A DNA stretch of 64,000 nt. Source: Vitrella brassicaformis CCMP3155. Its lineage: Eukaryota > Protista > Chromerida. The notes under the pieces are model-generated. The model saw only the letters and a program-made list of their open reading frames with translations. It searched no databases and was not told the origin of the DNA. Where the stretch lies: positions 6,210 to 70,209 of the forward strand of contig CDMY01000470.1 in assembly GCA_001179505.1 (NCBI GenBank), in the 5' to 3' direction. Positions 31,601-44,630 of this stretch are shown here, piece after piece (positions within the stretch are counted from its first letter, which is position 1; every line of letters starts with the position of its first letter). A program made the translations under genes and the position numbers.

Positions 31601-34473
31601 TATGTGTGTGTGTATTAGGGTTACGCGCAGTCCGGTGCGTTTGAGAGTGCGATGGACATTCTGCACGACATGCGTGAGCAGGGCCTGCAGCCTAACGACA
31701 TCTCATTCAACACACTCATGGACGCCGCCATTCGGGCAAAGTACACAGCTACACCCACACACCCACATTTGTGTGTAAATCTCTTCCTCTCTCTGTTGTG
31801 TCAGTGCGTCCGATGCGGCGTGGAAGATCTTGGACGAGATGCAGCGCAGCGGCATCAACCCCGATCGCTACACCTGCAGCATCCTCCTCAAAGGCATCAG
31901 CAACGAGCCCAACAGCCACAGAGGAGGAAGAGACCACAACCGAGACAGAGACAGGGACTCCGTCAACACCCCCAAATCGGCCTCTCGCCACCCGTCCAAT
32001 CACCCCTCCACCCCCACCAGCAACCAACAAAACAACAACAATAGTGCCAACAGCAGCAGCAGCGGCAGCAACCGGACAAACAACGCTAGCAACGGCCGAA
32101 GGAACAACACACACCGACAGCAGCAGCAGCACCAGCCGCCCCCGCGCAGCTCTGGTGGGCGCGCATCCTCCCACTGGGATGAGGGCGGCGGCGGCGGTGG
32201 TGGCCGCGTGGGCGGCACGACGTGGGTGCCGGCAGCTGCTGCCAATGCCACCAATCGCACAAACAGCGTGCAGGACAGCAACAGCAGCAGCAGCAGGGGC
32301 GGGAGGCCTTCTGCCGGTGGTTCTGGTGCTGGTGGTGGTGGTAGTGGTGTGCGGGCTGGCCGGCAGAGCGACGAGGGTGAGAGAGAGCACCCGAAGGACC
32401 CTGCCGTCAACGACCTCGATATCAACGGAGGAGACGGTACACACAAACACACACACACAGACAGAGAGACAGAGAGACAGACGGACCAACGGAAGATAGC
32501 ACCCATTCTCTGTTGTGTGTCTTTGCGTGTCTTTGTGTGTGTGTCCATCCTTCCATCCCATCGACCCATCAGGCGGCATGCGTGAGGTGTCTGAGATCCT
32601 GGCCCGTCTGGCCAATAACCAGATGCCGCCCTCCGCCCAGAGCTACGGCACCATCATCAAGGCGCTCGGGCAGGCCGGCCAGCTCGACAAGTGCTTCGTG
32701 GTCTGGCAGGACATGACCAAGAACAACATCTCACCCACACCCCTCACATACGGTCACTCGGCACACACACACACACACACACACAGAGAGAGAGAAAGGC
32801 CTGCACGCGTGTGTGTGTGTGTGTGTGTGTGTATGGCTGGCGCTGCAGGCATCTTGATGGACGCCTGTGTGCACTGCGGTGAGACGGGCAAGGCGTATGA
32901 GGTCTTCCAGGACATGTGTTCTGCCGGCTGGGCCGCCAACGACGCGCTCTACACCACACTCATCAAAGGATTCGTCAAAGTGACCACACCCTGCACACAA
33001 CCACCCCCCAAGCACACCACACCACACCACACCACACCGCACACGTGTGCTGCATTGTGTTGTCTTGTGTGGTGTCAGGCCAAGGACATTGATCATGCTC
33101 TAGCGGTGTATCAGCAGATGCAGGCCGTCCCCTCACCGACCACCAAGCAGGCCTCAGGAGGAGGCTCACCGGAGCGGGGGCCCCGCGGTGACCTGCTGAC
33201 GTACTCGATGCTCATCAAGGCCACCTGCGACGCACAGGACCTCAACACAGCCACACAGATACTCAAAGACATGCAGGCTAGTGTGAAGTGACAGACAGAC
33301 AGAGAGGCACACAAGACACAGGCCACACAGAGAGCACGTGTGTATGTGTATGTGTGTGTCTGTGTGCGTGTGTGTGCAGAGTGATGGCGTGGCTGCGGAC
33401 GAGTTGGTGCTCAACAGCCTGCTCAACGCGTGTCTGAAGGAGCAGAACGTCACATTGGCGCAGAGCGTGCTGAATGACCTGACGCAGAAGGGCGTCGTTC
33501 CGTCGACCCTCACCCTGGCCATCATGATCAAGCTGCTGACCAAGTCAGCACCTCACACACACAGAGACAGACAGAGGGACACGATCCATCCATATGTGTG
33601 TGTGTGTGTGAGTGTGTGTGCAGGTGTCGCATGTATGTGGATGCGCTTGGGCTGCTCCGCGAGTTCAAGTGCGACTACGGCATGGCCCCCGGGGCCAACA
33701 ACTACAATGCACTCATACAAGTGACTAAAAAACACCCACCACCCTACAAAGACATCGACCAGTCCGCCCATCTGTCTGTCTGTCTGTCTGTGTGTCAGGC
33801 GTGTGTGCGGGGCCATGCCCTCTGTGTGGCCCTTGACGCGTTTGACGAGTTCCTGTGCGATGCAAACACCGCCCCGCCCAAGTGCCCGCGGCCCGACGCT
33901 TCCACCTATGTAGCGCTGCTTAACGGATGTGTAGAGGCCACACACAGCAGCAACGGTGGGGGTGGGGGTGCTGGCCAGACACCCAATGGTGCGGGCGGCA
34001 TGACCACTGCCAAACTCACAGACACCGCGGTAAGCGCACAGAGAGGGAGAGAGGGAGGGAGGGTTTCTGTGTGGGAGTGTGTGTGTGTCTGTGTGTGTTT
34101 CGGCGTGTCAGGTGTCGTTGGTCGAGCGTGCCTATTCAGAGGGTCTGTCGTTGCCTGAGGACTCGCTCACACCTCTGATCAAGCTGGCCTCCTACACTCA
34201 CACAAGTACATAGCATCAGTATCCGGCCGTATGTATCACACACACCACACGACGCGACACACGGATACCTCCCCCCCACCCCATGTGTCGGTGTGTTTAG
34301 GTGAGCATCTGGTGAGTTTGATGAAGAAGATGGGCCTACCGGTGTCGCCTGAGCATGCCCACGCCCGCTCGGCGACGCCCCCAGTGATGGTGGTGCACCC
34401 GAGCGATCGAGACGGGCACCCCATGCTGCCCCCCATCATGGCACACAACGACGTCACCGCCACACCGTGCTAG
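28640..34473 (+). CDS. Pentatricopeptide-repeat (PPR) protein with a long disordered N-terminus, about 17 exons
   Basis: Multiple 35-aa PPR motifs, e.g. DTISYNTIIKGYAQSGAFESAMDILHDMREQGLQP, NDISFNTLMDAAIRA, SAQSYGTIIKALGQAGQLDKCFVVWQDMTKNNISP, NDALYTTLIKGFVK and DELVLNSLLNACLK. Stop at 34471-34473. The start position is uncertain. Confidence 0.93.
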
Positions 34474-36696
34474 TCGCTCTGCGGGCGGCATTCAAACACA
34501 CACATACACACATACAAATGCATGGCAGCTTTACGCGCGAGTACATTGTGAGTAGCTAGATCTTCTGTAGAGTGGTGGATGGATGGACGGCTTTATCTCC
34601 CTCTGTAAGTATATGTGTGTGTGTGTGTGGCGGTTGTTTGCCCGTCTGTCGGTCTGTCTGTCTGTCTGTCTGTCGGAACACACAGCTGCGTACACACATC
34701 CACAGCCACACACACATGACGCGTAGAAGAGATACATACTTACGATGCGTGTGGTGTGCGTGTGTGATGCATGCTTTAGTAGGCAGAGAGTGAGTGACTC
34801 ACTGGCCGGGCGGGGCGGGTGGCTCCCTGCCCTGACCAACAGGACAGAGACAGAGAGAGAGAGAGAGAGCAGATTATCTTTATCGAGAGACGAGAGAGAC
34901 CAATCTACGCGTCCATGGATGGACGGATGGCTTGCCGCATTCATTAACACCTAGATAGACATCTCTGCAGCGCGGCAAAGGCAATTTTGGGGCTGGCTGC
35001 GTACCTACCTTACCTACACACACGCCTTCACATGCACACGCGCAACAGAGAGAGAGCGGGAGAGGGAGAGAGAGGGAGAGATTTGTACGGCAACTCAGCT
35101 GAATCGTTTTCCTGCCATTTACCTGGAGAGAGGAGAGAGGAGAGAGAGAGAGCTGCCGGCGAACCAGCCTGCTGTCGTTTCCCAAGAGAGATAGATACAC
35201 TTGACGACTTCCTCGCGACGAGTGTGTAGATACGTACCAACCCACTGGCTGTCTTCCTGAGTGAGCGAGTGACTGACTGACTGACTAGCGCCCCGACCAA
35301 CCAGCCCCCTACCTGTGCAGACAAACAGACAGACAGATAGACAGACAGACAGTCGCAAACGTATCAGGCCTGACTTACTCGTTCTTGCCACCTGAAGTGT
35401 GTGTGTCCTACGTGCGTGTGTGTGGTGTGTGTGTACCATATGTACGTGTGATGTCATGTGATGCGATGCGATGCTATCATGCGACGCTATGCTAAGCTGC
35501 CCCAAAGACAGGGGCGGGCCGGGCCGCTGCTGTCAGGGAGGGAGGGAGTGAGTGCAACAACGGTTTAGAGAGAGAGGGAGAGAGAGAACAACACAGAGGG
35601 GCCAACACTTGCCTGCCCGCCCGACACAAGCTGCATGATTGGATGGAGACATGCTGACCGGCACTCGCTCTCTCACGTGATGACTGACTGGCCTGTACAC
35701 CTACCTGGATGGATGGCGGCATGTCTGCAGGAAGGCATCAAGTGTTTCAAGGGCGGGAGGGAGGGAGGGAGGGAGGGGTGCAGAACAGCCTGACTACCTA
35801 CAAATGAATATATATGGTATATATCGCACACACGCGATGGATGCGATCGACCACCCCGAGATGGATGGAAGGGCATGATCATTTTTAACACCATGCATCG
35901 GAGCCCCCGGGCCATTTATACATTTCTCTGTGTAGACAGCCCTCCCCTCCACCGAACCGATCTGTGCTGTGCGAGTGGGTGTGTATCGGTGTGTACCATC
36001 GCTACACAGTTCAGTTTGTCATACCGGATGTTATGTGTCCATATCACAGCTGTAGACAGACAGACGAGACGATCGCCGTTTGTCGTGTCCGTCGTGTCGG
36101 CGGAGTCAGGCGGACAGCCGGGCCGTAACGTCACTCTCTGAGTGAGTGAATGAGTGAATGCGTCGCTAACGAAACGAACGGTTCTCCCAATGGGAGTGTG
36201 TTTGTGTGTGTCTGTGTCGGTGTGGGGCTGCTGTGGGAGGGGCGGGGGCTCTGGTGGTCTCTTTTTCGACCTCTGTGTGTGTGTGTGTGTGTGTATGCCT
36301 AGCTGTCTATGCCTAGACTGACTGGCTATCTATCCACCAATACGCGACATCAATCAACGTATGTAAGAAATGTGCAACGTTCACCAATCCACCAGCCAGC
36401 CATACACACATTGACCATTTGTACGGCTCGGAAGTCACACATGCACTCATCCATCCATCCATCCAAGGCGGAAAAAGCCGTCAGGTTGTCCACCAGACAG
36501 ACAAGAGGGACACACCGCCCCTTACGCAAACAAACCTAATCACCACCTCTCTCACACACAGGTGTACAGTCTGTCTGCCTGATGCGTGCCTGATGTATGT
36601 TCGTACGACTGACATGCCGTCGGTTGCCGTCGGCGGCAAATCAGTCACACGCACATCGGTCAGGTATCACTCACGCAGACAAACTGTAACGATTAC

Positions 36697-39600
36697 TCAC
36701 GAGCTGATGGACCTAGACGTGTCGGGTAAACCGTCGTGCTGCTTCCCGCTACCCTGGCTGCTGCCCTGGCTGCCGCCATCCTTGCGGAATCGAGCACGCT
36801 TCAACGACCCCGGAGCGGGAATGCTACCACCACCAGCAGCACCCCTCAGCTGGCTCTCTGGCGAGGCTGATGGCATGTCCTGGTCATCCGACGCCAGAGC
36901 CTCGACAGCAGCGCGCTTCTTCTGCTGCGCTGCACTCCCACCACCGCCCCGCCCCTCGTCGGGCTTGCTCTCGGGCGGCGTGCCGAAGAGTCCCTCGTCG
37001 AATCCCGACAAGTCCTGGCTGTCGTGCTGCCTCAACCCTCCCCGTGCCGACCAGGCTGAGCGACCCGGTGCCGCGGGTGAGGGCCCGTCGTTCATCTGCC
37101 GATCCTCGCCCGCAAAGCCATTCCGCACCAACTCGCCAAGCCTTTTGTCGCGCATTGACTGTGAGTCGTCCTGCATCCCTAGGGGGGGCGGGCCGAGAGG
37201 GAGGGGGGGCAGCGAGTCCTGCGATGGGAAATCGGCACCCAGCCCCAGCGACCGGTAGCAGGGCGGCGGCAGCTGCAGGTGCGGCTGCGACGACTGAAGA
37301 CCAGGGGGGCTGCCCGAGTTGTCCTGCAAGGCGGAGAGGACACAGAGAGAGAATGCGCGGGCTGAGAACAGATGACGTGATGAGAGCCGGCCGACCTCGT
37401 CGTTGTATGCCCCTCCGGAGGATGACGCTTCCATGCCCTGCGAGTCGCCCTTCTGCGGGGGTGGGCGGAGCAGCGATGACGGGATGGCAGGGGGAGGCCG
37501 ACAGGGGGCGACGGGGAGGGGAAGCCGCGCAGGTTCGGACGGACCGCCATCAACACTCGGCATGGGAGCTGCAAAGGCGGAAAGAACGAGAATCCTCACT
37601 TCTCGATCTTTGTCTCTGGTTTCCCCAACCGCCCTCTTTCGTACCTATGATTTTCAGGTTCTCAATGCTCATCGGTGCCATCCCGCCGACGGCCGGGCTG
37701 GCGTGCTGCTGACCTCCCCTGTGCGCACCCTTGAGCGATGCCCGCTCCTGCCTGCGACCACCACCACCGCCGCCGCCAGCAGTGCGGTCGGCCTTTGACT
37801 CCCTTGGTGGCGCTGGGGGCGGGTGTTGCTGCAGCAGGGGGTGCTGGCTCTTGTCGAACTGCTTCCGGCGCCTCTCGAGGTAGGTCTCGTCCGTGTGCCG
37901 CACGCTCGCAAACGACACGTTGGGCTTGTCCATGCCGTGGGCTTTGAAGTACTCGTTGATCTCCCGCCGCACTTGAATGGCGAAGGTGTCAGAAAGGGAC
38001 GGCTCGCTGTTGTTGCGGCCACCACTGGCAGCAGCCGCCGCCCCCCACTGCGGAGATGGGGCGTCGTCATCGAAGCCGTCCTCGTCGTCCATCTCGGCAG
38101 CTACTGAGGCGCGCTTGCCGGCCGCCGTGGTGCGGCGTGCCACTGCTGTGGTGCGGATGACGATCTTGGCTACCTCGCCGGCACCGATCTGACATGGTGG
38201 TGTGGATGTGTCCCATGGGCAGCGAAGGGGTGTTTGTGTTTGTGTGTGGTGTGCTTACGTTGATCCACTGGTTGTCTTCATCAGTTGGGGTGGGGAAGAG
38301 GCGGGAGTACAGCGTCTGGCGCTGGGCGTCAGACATCAGCCTGAGCTCCTCAGACACCAACGAGTAGTGCTGCAGCCAGATGGCAGCAAGGCAGCGACCA
38401 TCACAGCAGACACACACAACACTCACAAGACTCATCAGCCTGTGTGTATGCGTGTGTGTGTGTGTGCAGTGGCTGTGTGTGTGGACGCACTTTTCCGCAT
38501 GGGGCGAAGTAGTAGAAATGCACGTCGGATGCCAAACGCAACTCGTAACCTGCACACACACACACACACACACACAGCTTTACACGAGAGGTCTCATCTT
38601 CCATTCTCTCTGTCTCTCCCTCTCTCTCTCTGTGTAAGCTACCGGCAGCGATTTTCTCTATGTAGTCCGAGTAGGGTGTGCTGTGAAGGCTCACAGTGGC
38701 CGTCTTCCGGCAGTACGGCACAGACACAGTGCCATATCCCTGACAAACGGATGGATGGATGGATGGACCCATCACACACACACACACACACACATATTGC
38801 AATGCAACCCCGCATGTGCCCCTCCCTCGTGTCTGTGTGTCTTGTGTGCCCCATTCATTCCCTGCCGCACTTTTAGGTTGAAGGACTTCTTGCTGGTGCC
38901 CTCGGTGCCCTTCTTGGAGCCCTTCCCACCAGTGACTACCTTGACAGGCACCTGACGACTGAACGACAGACAGACAGACAGACACAGTGGGTGGGTGGGA
39001 GGGAGGGAGGGAGGGACGGAGGGACGGAGGGAGGGAGGGACACACCGCACCAAACCACACCACATGTCAGATCACAGATGTCACACGTGTTTCTTCCACA
39101 TCAGCAGGGCGAGCTTAACGCACCTCTTGCTAGATGTGTCGGCCAGGCTGCCGCCCACCGTGGCGAAAAACACCGCTGCCATGTCAGTGAGTCAGACAGA
39201 CAGACAGACAGACAGACGCCAGTGAAAAGGACAACAGCATGAGGCAGAGGGATGTGTGTGTGAGTGAATGGGTGGGGTGGCTCACTCACTGTTGTCGTAG
39301 AATCTGAGTGACGACTGGGGGGGCCTGTTGAAGACGGGCAGCTCCGCCATCGCCCTGGCCTCCTTATCCCCCATACACAACAGCTTCACAGCCTGGAGGA
39401 AAGAATCAAGGTGGCACACACACACAGGTGGGAGGGAGGGAGGGAGGGAGGGAGGGGAGGCGTGAGAGTGCACAAACGATGAGAGTCTGTCTGTCGGTCT
39501 CAGCCTCGATGAGCTCACCTCGTCGGCCTTCTCGTAGATGTGTTTCATTTCGACATTTCTGAGGGTGACTGGTGTGTCCTGCAAGATGCGCGCCGCCATA

Positions 39601-40282
39601 TCCTGCACACACACACACACCCCCACACACAGCCATCGATGCAGCCGTCCGCGAGAGAGAAGCCCGCCCCTGCTGTTGTATTGCCCATGGTTTCTTTGTA
39701 CCTCCCGCAGGTAGGTCAGGAGTCGTGTGAGGTCGAAGCCCCCATCGCCCCGCACACGATCTATCAGGTCACGGATGCCTGCAATCACACACACACACAC
39801 AAACAAACGACAGAGGGATTTTCTCCTCGCTCGTGGCACAGCCATCCTGAGTGGCTGGCTGCCCGGGATCGATCTGGTTACCCACTCACCGCGTCTGAGC
39901 ATGTACTTGTCGACGGGATTGAGTTTGAGTCCAGGAGAGCTCACTGCTCGGTGCACCTCGCAATACAACTCCTGCACAGCACACACACAGAAAGAACAAA
40001 AGGCACACATCGATCACAGGAAGCACCAGTGCTGTGTGTCTGTCCTCACTGACCGCGCCGCCCACGTGCAGCAGGCCATCTGCCTACCCTACCCTAGCTG
40101 ACCTGCATGAGCGATTCGATGTCGTCTGCGTCACCATTCTGGACCACACTGCTCGCCGACGGCTGAGGAACCAGCGCCATGTCGATCTCGCCGTTTCTAC
40201 CCCTTTTGATGCTGCCGCTCGTCGTCTTGCTCTGGCTGTGGCTGGGCTTGTTGGCCGGCGGCTGTTCTTTCTTGCCGGGCAT
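36697..40282 (-). CDS. Multi-exon hypothetical protein with a low-complexity C-terminus
   Basis: ATG at 40282 (MPGKKEQPP...). A chain of GT-AG-bounded protein-like exons (ELYCEVHRAVSS, GIRDLIDRVRG, DMAARILQDTP, YSLVSEELRLMSD, FAIQVRREINEYFK). Terminal ORF 36697-37599. Confidence 0.7.
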
Positions 40283-40473
40283 GGCTGAACTGGAGGGCTC
40301 GCTAATCTGGTACTCAAACTTTGGGAAAGTGGCCCAGGTCACAGTCGCTAGATGGTCCGAAGAAGGCAATGACATCCGGGGAGGCACGTCAGCATCAAAA
40401 ATCGAAACTGCCAGGAGTTGGGGAGAAAAGCGTGAAACGGAGCGCTGTTTACCACACGACCAAGCCCTTTGGA

Positions 40474-42766
40474 ATGCCTTCACCGGCCATCGCCTTCATC
40501 CTTTCATCATGCTTTGTCCTCACTCACGCCCGATGGGCCACCGACGGCACGGCCAGCAGCCTCCTGCCCGCCCTCATCAGGGCGTCCAGTGGCAACCGCA
40601 CCGCCCCTGTGGGAGACGCTGAGAGAGGCTGCCACAGAAGCGACCCCGAGTGCAAAGAAAAGCTCATCTTCGTTGTCGAGGTGGGCAAAGCATTGCAGAC
40701 CCCATGAAAATGTGTTACATGTCTGTCTGCGGTGTACGTGTCCTCGACATCAAGTTGGGTGCCCCCTCTGCATGCACTGCAGGTGTGCCGGCATGGCAAC
40801 CGCTCGCCCTACCACTACTTCGAGAAGGACACAAAGAACGGGCTCGACACATGGTCAGTGAGTGAGTGAGCAGCACATGCCTTCAGGAGACTCTTTCTTT
40901 GGTGTTTGCACTGACTGTGCTGTGGTGGCTGGGCCGCAGGGAGGGTGTGGCGGAGAAGGGCTGGCTGACGAGGCTTGGAATGCTGCAGCACTACCTGATC
41001 GGCGCTATAGCCCGCAAGAAGTACGTCCGGACCTATCGGCTGCTCAGCGGCAGGTACACGCCACGGGAGGTGTACGTCCGCTCCACTCTCGTGCCGCGCC
41101 GTCCTCTCCGCCCAGTCACAAATGGCAGGCAAGCACATTCCCACCTCACACACACACATGCATTGCAGCCCCCCACCCATTCAGCGTGTCTTTCATATCA
41201 GGTTTGTTTCCTCCCGGTTCGGGCCACCACTTCACAATGGCTCAGGAGGACATGCGCGATGCGCTCTACAGGGAGACCGGCAAGATCAGCCCCATCCGCC
41301 AACACCTCTCACTTCACAGCAACGGCACAGTCGGCGAAGACGACCCCACCGAGACCATCCAGAAAATGGGCGACGCCGCATCGCTCGACATCAAACAGGT
41401 GACCAAACGAGCCACGAGACACCCTTTGTGATATGTGTGTGTGTGTTTGCGTGTGGTGGTAATGGTGGTGAATCAGGTGGTCGGTTCTGGGTGCAGCCCG
41501 CTGCCCCAGGCTTTCGACATGGTGCCGGTGTACACTGTCGAGAAAGAAGAGGACACCCTGCTCCTCGGCTTCGAGGACGACATATGTGACCAATTCAAAG
41601 ACGAGTACATGGCGACACACAAATGCACCGCATTCCACAGCCCGATGATGGCGCGGCACGAGGCCGTCCTGGAGGGGCACGTCAAGGGCGCACAGAAATC
41701 CAACTCCGCCTCATGCGGCAAGACCAGCACTCAGGTGATGGAGCACTTCAAGGGCATCCTGGACAGGGCTGACAAGGCCCTCGGCAAGAGTCTGTTCGAG
41801 CCGGGCAAGGCTGTAAACGCTGACATTCATGTGGCGTCACACATGGCGGACGCTGTCGTCTGCCAGATTGCTGACGGCCGGAGACCCGCCATCAAAGACG
41901 CAGTAATGGAGCTAGGGAGATACTTGACGAGTGCATTGTCAGCACCCGAGACACTGCATGTGACTCTGCTTTGTGTGTTAGGACGTCATCAAGGGGTACC
42001 GTATAGAAGAAAGACATGTCTGCTGCATCGATTGACACATCCATCCAATTGCATCCATCCGTCCATCCATCCATCCGCGTCTCTGTGCGCCTCAGGTTGA
42101 TCGACCTTCTCGACGCCTACTTCTCCATCCGGTTTGCCGACCCCGTCATCGCCTCACACGGCTCTGCAGGTACGATGAGCAGGCTGCATGCAGAGAGAGA
42201 CACAAGCCCCGCATGACCTCTTTGTCTGTGTGCTGCATCAGAGTTCTACAAGCTGCTGGCGTCCCTCTTTGAGAGCAAGGCCGCCCTGGCCAAGGACCCC
42301 ACGAGTGCCCTGGCACTTAGGACAGGAAGAGAGGCACTCAAGGGGGCCCCAGGGCTGGCGGAGGCAGCCAACGTGTGGGAGACACTGAGATTCCTCTACC
42401 TCTCGGCACATGACAGCACCGTGGCCGCATTCATCGCAGCACTCGGCGTCTTCAACGGCGTGCAGCCACACTTCGCTTCGGTGAGGGAGGGAGGGAGACA
42501 GGAAATGACCGCTGTGTATCGTTCGGTGGAGGAGCTGTGTGTGCGTGTGCGTCTGCTAGACCATCTTCTTTGAGCTGTGGCAGAAGGGGCCCTCCGGCGA
42601 CTTCTTCGTCCGGGTCATTTACAACGGTGACGCTATGGGTGTGTGTGGCGAGGGCATTCAGGACTGCCCTTTGACGCAATTCCTCGACAAGATCCGAAAG
42701 ATTGGCGGCGGGATGAAGGTGAATGAGTTTTGTCTGCAGCCCCCGCCCTCACCCCAGCAGACGTGA
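40474..42766 (+). CDS. Secreted/lysosomal-type histidine acid phosphatase (His_Phos_2); apparent frameshift at about 41099
   Basis: Signal-like N-terminus. VCRHGNRSP (RHGxRxP), LTRLGMLQH, VYVRST, SAQSQMAGLFPP, YLSAHDSTV (HD) and FELW...FFVRVIYN. Stop at 42764-42766. Confidence 0.92.
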
Positions 42767-43009
42767 TGGATTGACTGATTGATGAGACACACACTGCTCT
42801 CCCTGGCGGTGGCTGCATACCGAGACACTGATACAAATGGGCGGATGGATGGATGGATCGGTCAATCACCAGAAGGTCCAACTTCTGTCCATCCATTCAC
42901 CAACCATCGGTGACAAATTAAGGCCGAGAAACTCCCGGCGAGAATTTGAGACGGGACAAACCCCGCAAACCCTGCCACAATGCAAAACACACTTTTGCGT
43001 TTTTCTCCG

Positions 43010-44630
43010 TCACAAACACACCAATACCCCCACCAAGCAGCAGTCGGCGGCGGCGCCCACTCCATCTACCGATAAGGGCGACACGACGGCCACTTCCCCG
43101 TCATCACCAGCCCCACCACAGCTGCACCTAAGGATGGGCGCCTATATCAGGGCCCGCGACGACAAGAGGGGGCAGTGTGAGGACGCCGCCAGCATTGCGG
43201 CTAAGGCGGGCGTCATGGTGGTGGCGGACGGCGTGGGAGGCTTCGCCGACATGAAGGACGGCGGCGTCAGTGCACGCGGTTTAATGCAACTCTCGCCGCC
43301 CTCGCCTTCATCTTTCTCTGGGTCTTCCTTCACGGGGGCATTCTCAAGGGCTCCGACAAGATTATCTTGTCAGGCATGGCGGTCTCAGTGTTGCTGTCCG
43401 GCGCGGCGGGGGCTATCTATTGGTTGCCGAAGCCTCTGTCGTTGGATTGCAAAAAGACATACGCCAACCTGTGTTTTGCGCGTGCAGTGGCCGTCAACAC
43501 CATGGACGAGGCCATGGCCACGCCACCACCCCAAGACGCCCACACCAACAGGGCCAAGCAGCTGCTGGAAGCAGGATGGGCCAAGACAGCCGCCGACCGA
43601 CACGGCCCGCCCGGCGCCAGGACCATCGCCGTAGCCGCCACCACGCACAACGAGGAGGGCCGGCTGTGCATGGACCTCGCCGATAAGGGCTACACTACGG
43701 TGGACCAAAAGATCCGAAGTAACCATACGACTTGGAACGCAAAAGGCGACGTCTGTATGTCTCAAAGTCTTCACTTGTGTCTCGGGTTGTGTCTCCGATG
43801 GCTGCCTACATTTTATATCCGACAGACATGTGATCTCTCACCGGCTCAGCCTCACACGAGCACTGCCGCGGCGGGGGGCTACGCCAGGCTGTGGATTCAG
43901 TCCGCCAACAGGTAGTCAAGAGGGAGAGACACGTACATATAGCATAACCCAGAACAATGCTTGCTCGTGTGTCAGCTGTTGTTCTAGCTATAGCCGCCGC
44001 CATACACGATGAGGAGGCCGGCTGTGCGTGGACCTTGCCGGCTATGGCGACTCGACGGTGTTGGTCGTCAGGCGCCCCGCTCACGGTCCCCCCACCATCG
44101 TGGCCGCGCTGGAGCCCATGCAGCACCCCAACCAGCCCAACTACCCCTTACAGCTGCAGCGCATCCCCCGCTGCCGGGCCGCCGCCATCCGGGCCGCCGA
44201 CATCCTAATACCACCACCGGCCACCCTCAAGCGGCTCACCCGCACTGACCACCAAGCTGAGGATGCGTCAGAGGCGACCATCGGCATTCAGGCGTGTCGG
44301 TGTCCCCTCGAGTGCGGCGATATTGATATCGCCTGCTCGGACGGGGTCACCGACAACCTGTTCCAGTGGGAGATCGTCTCCTTCGCCAACATCCTCCGCA
44401 GCCAGCCCTCCCACAAGATGGCCGCACTTCTTGCGCGGCTGGCGTACCGCAAGAGCAAGAACAAGAGCGAGAAGCTCGACACGCCTTTCCGGCAGATGTG
44501 GGAGGCGCACGGCGAGGAGTGCCGGCAGGGCGCTAAGGAGGACGACATCACGGTCCTGGTGGCCAAGGTGGAGGCGGGAGAGGGGAACTGTGAGGAGGGG
44601 GAGGCGGGGCGACGGGCAGGCTGGCTGGTT
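43010..44630 (+). pseudogene. PP2C/PTC7-like cassette, copy 2, with a 194-bp insertion
   Basis: Same motifs as copy 1. Insertion at 43279-43472 shifts the frame. Confidence 0.85.

Noticed and set aside
34500-36690. 2.2-kb SSR-rich region between the PPR gene and the 36697-40282 gene; likewise 52710-55050
   Set aside because: This is consistent with convergent 3' UTRs or intergenic DNA. The short ORFs are microsatellite translations. A possible exon at about 54030-54185 could not be linked to any gene.
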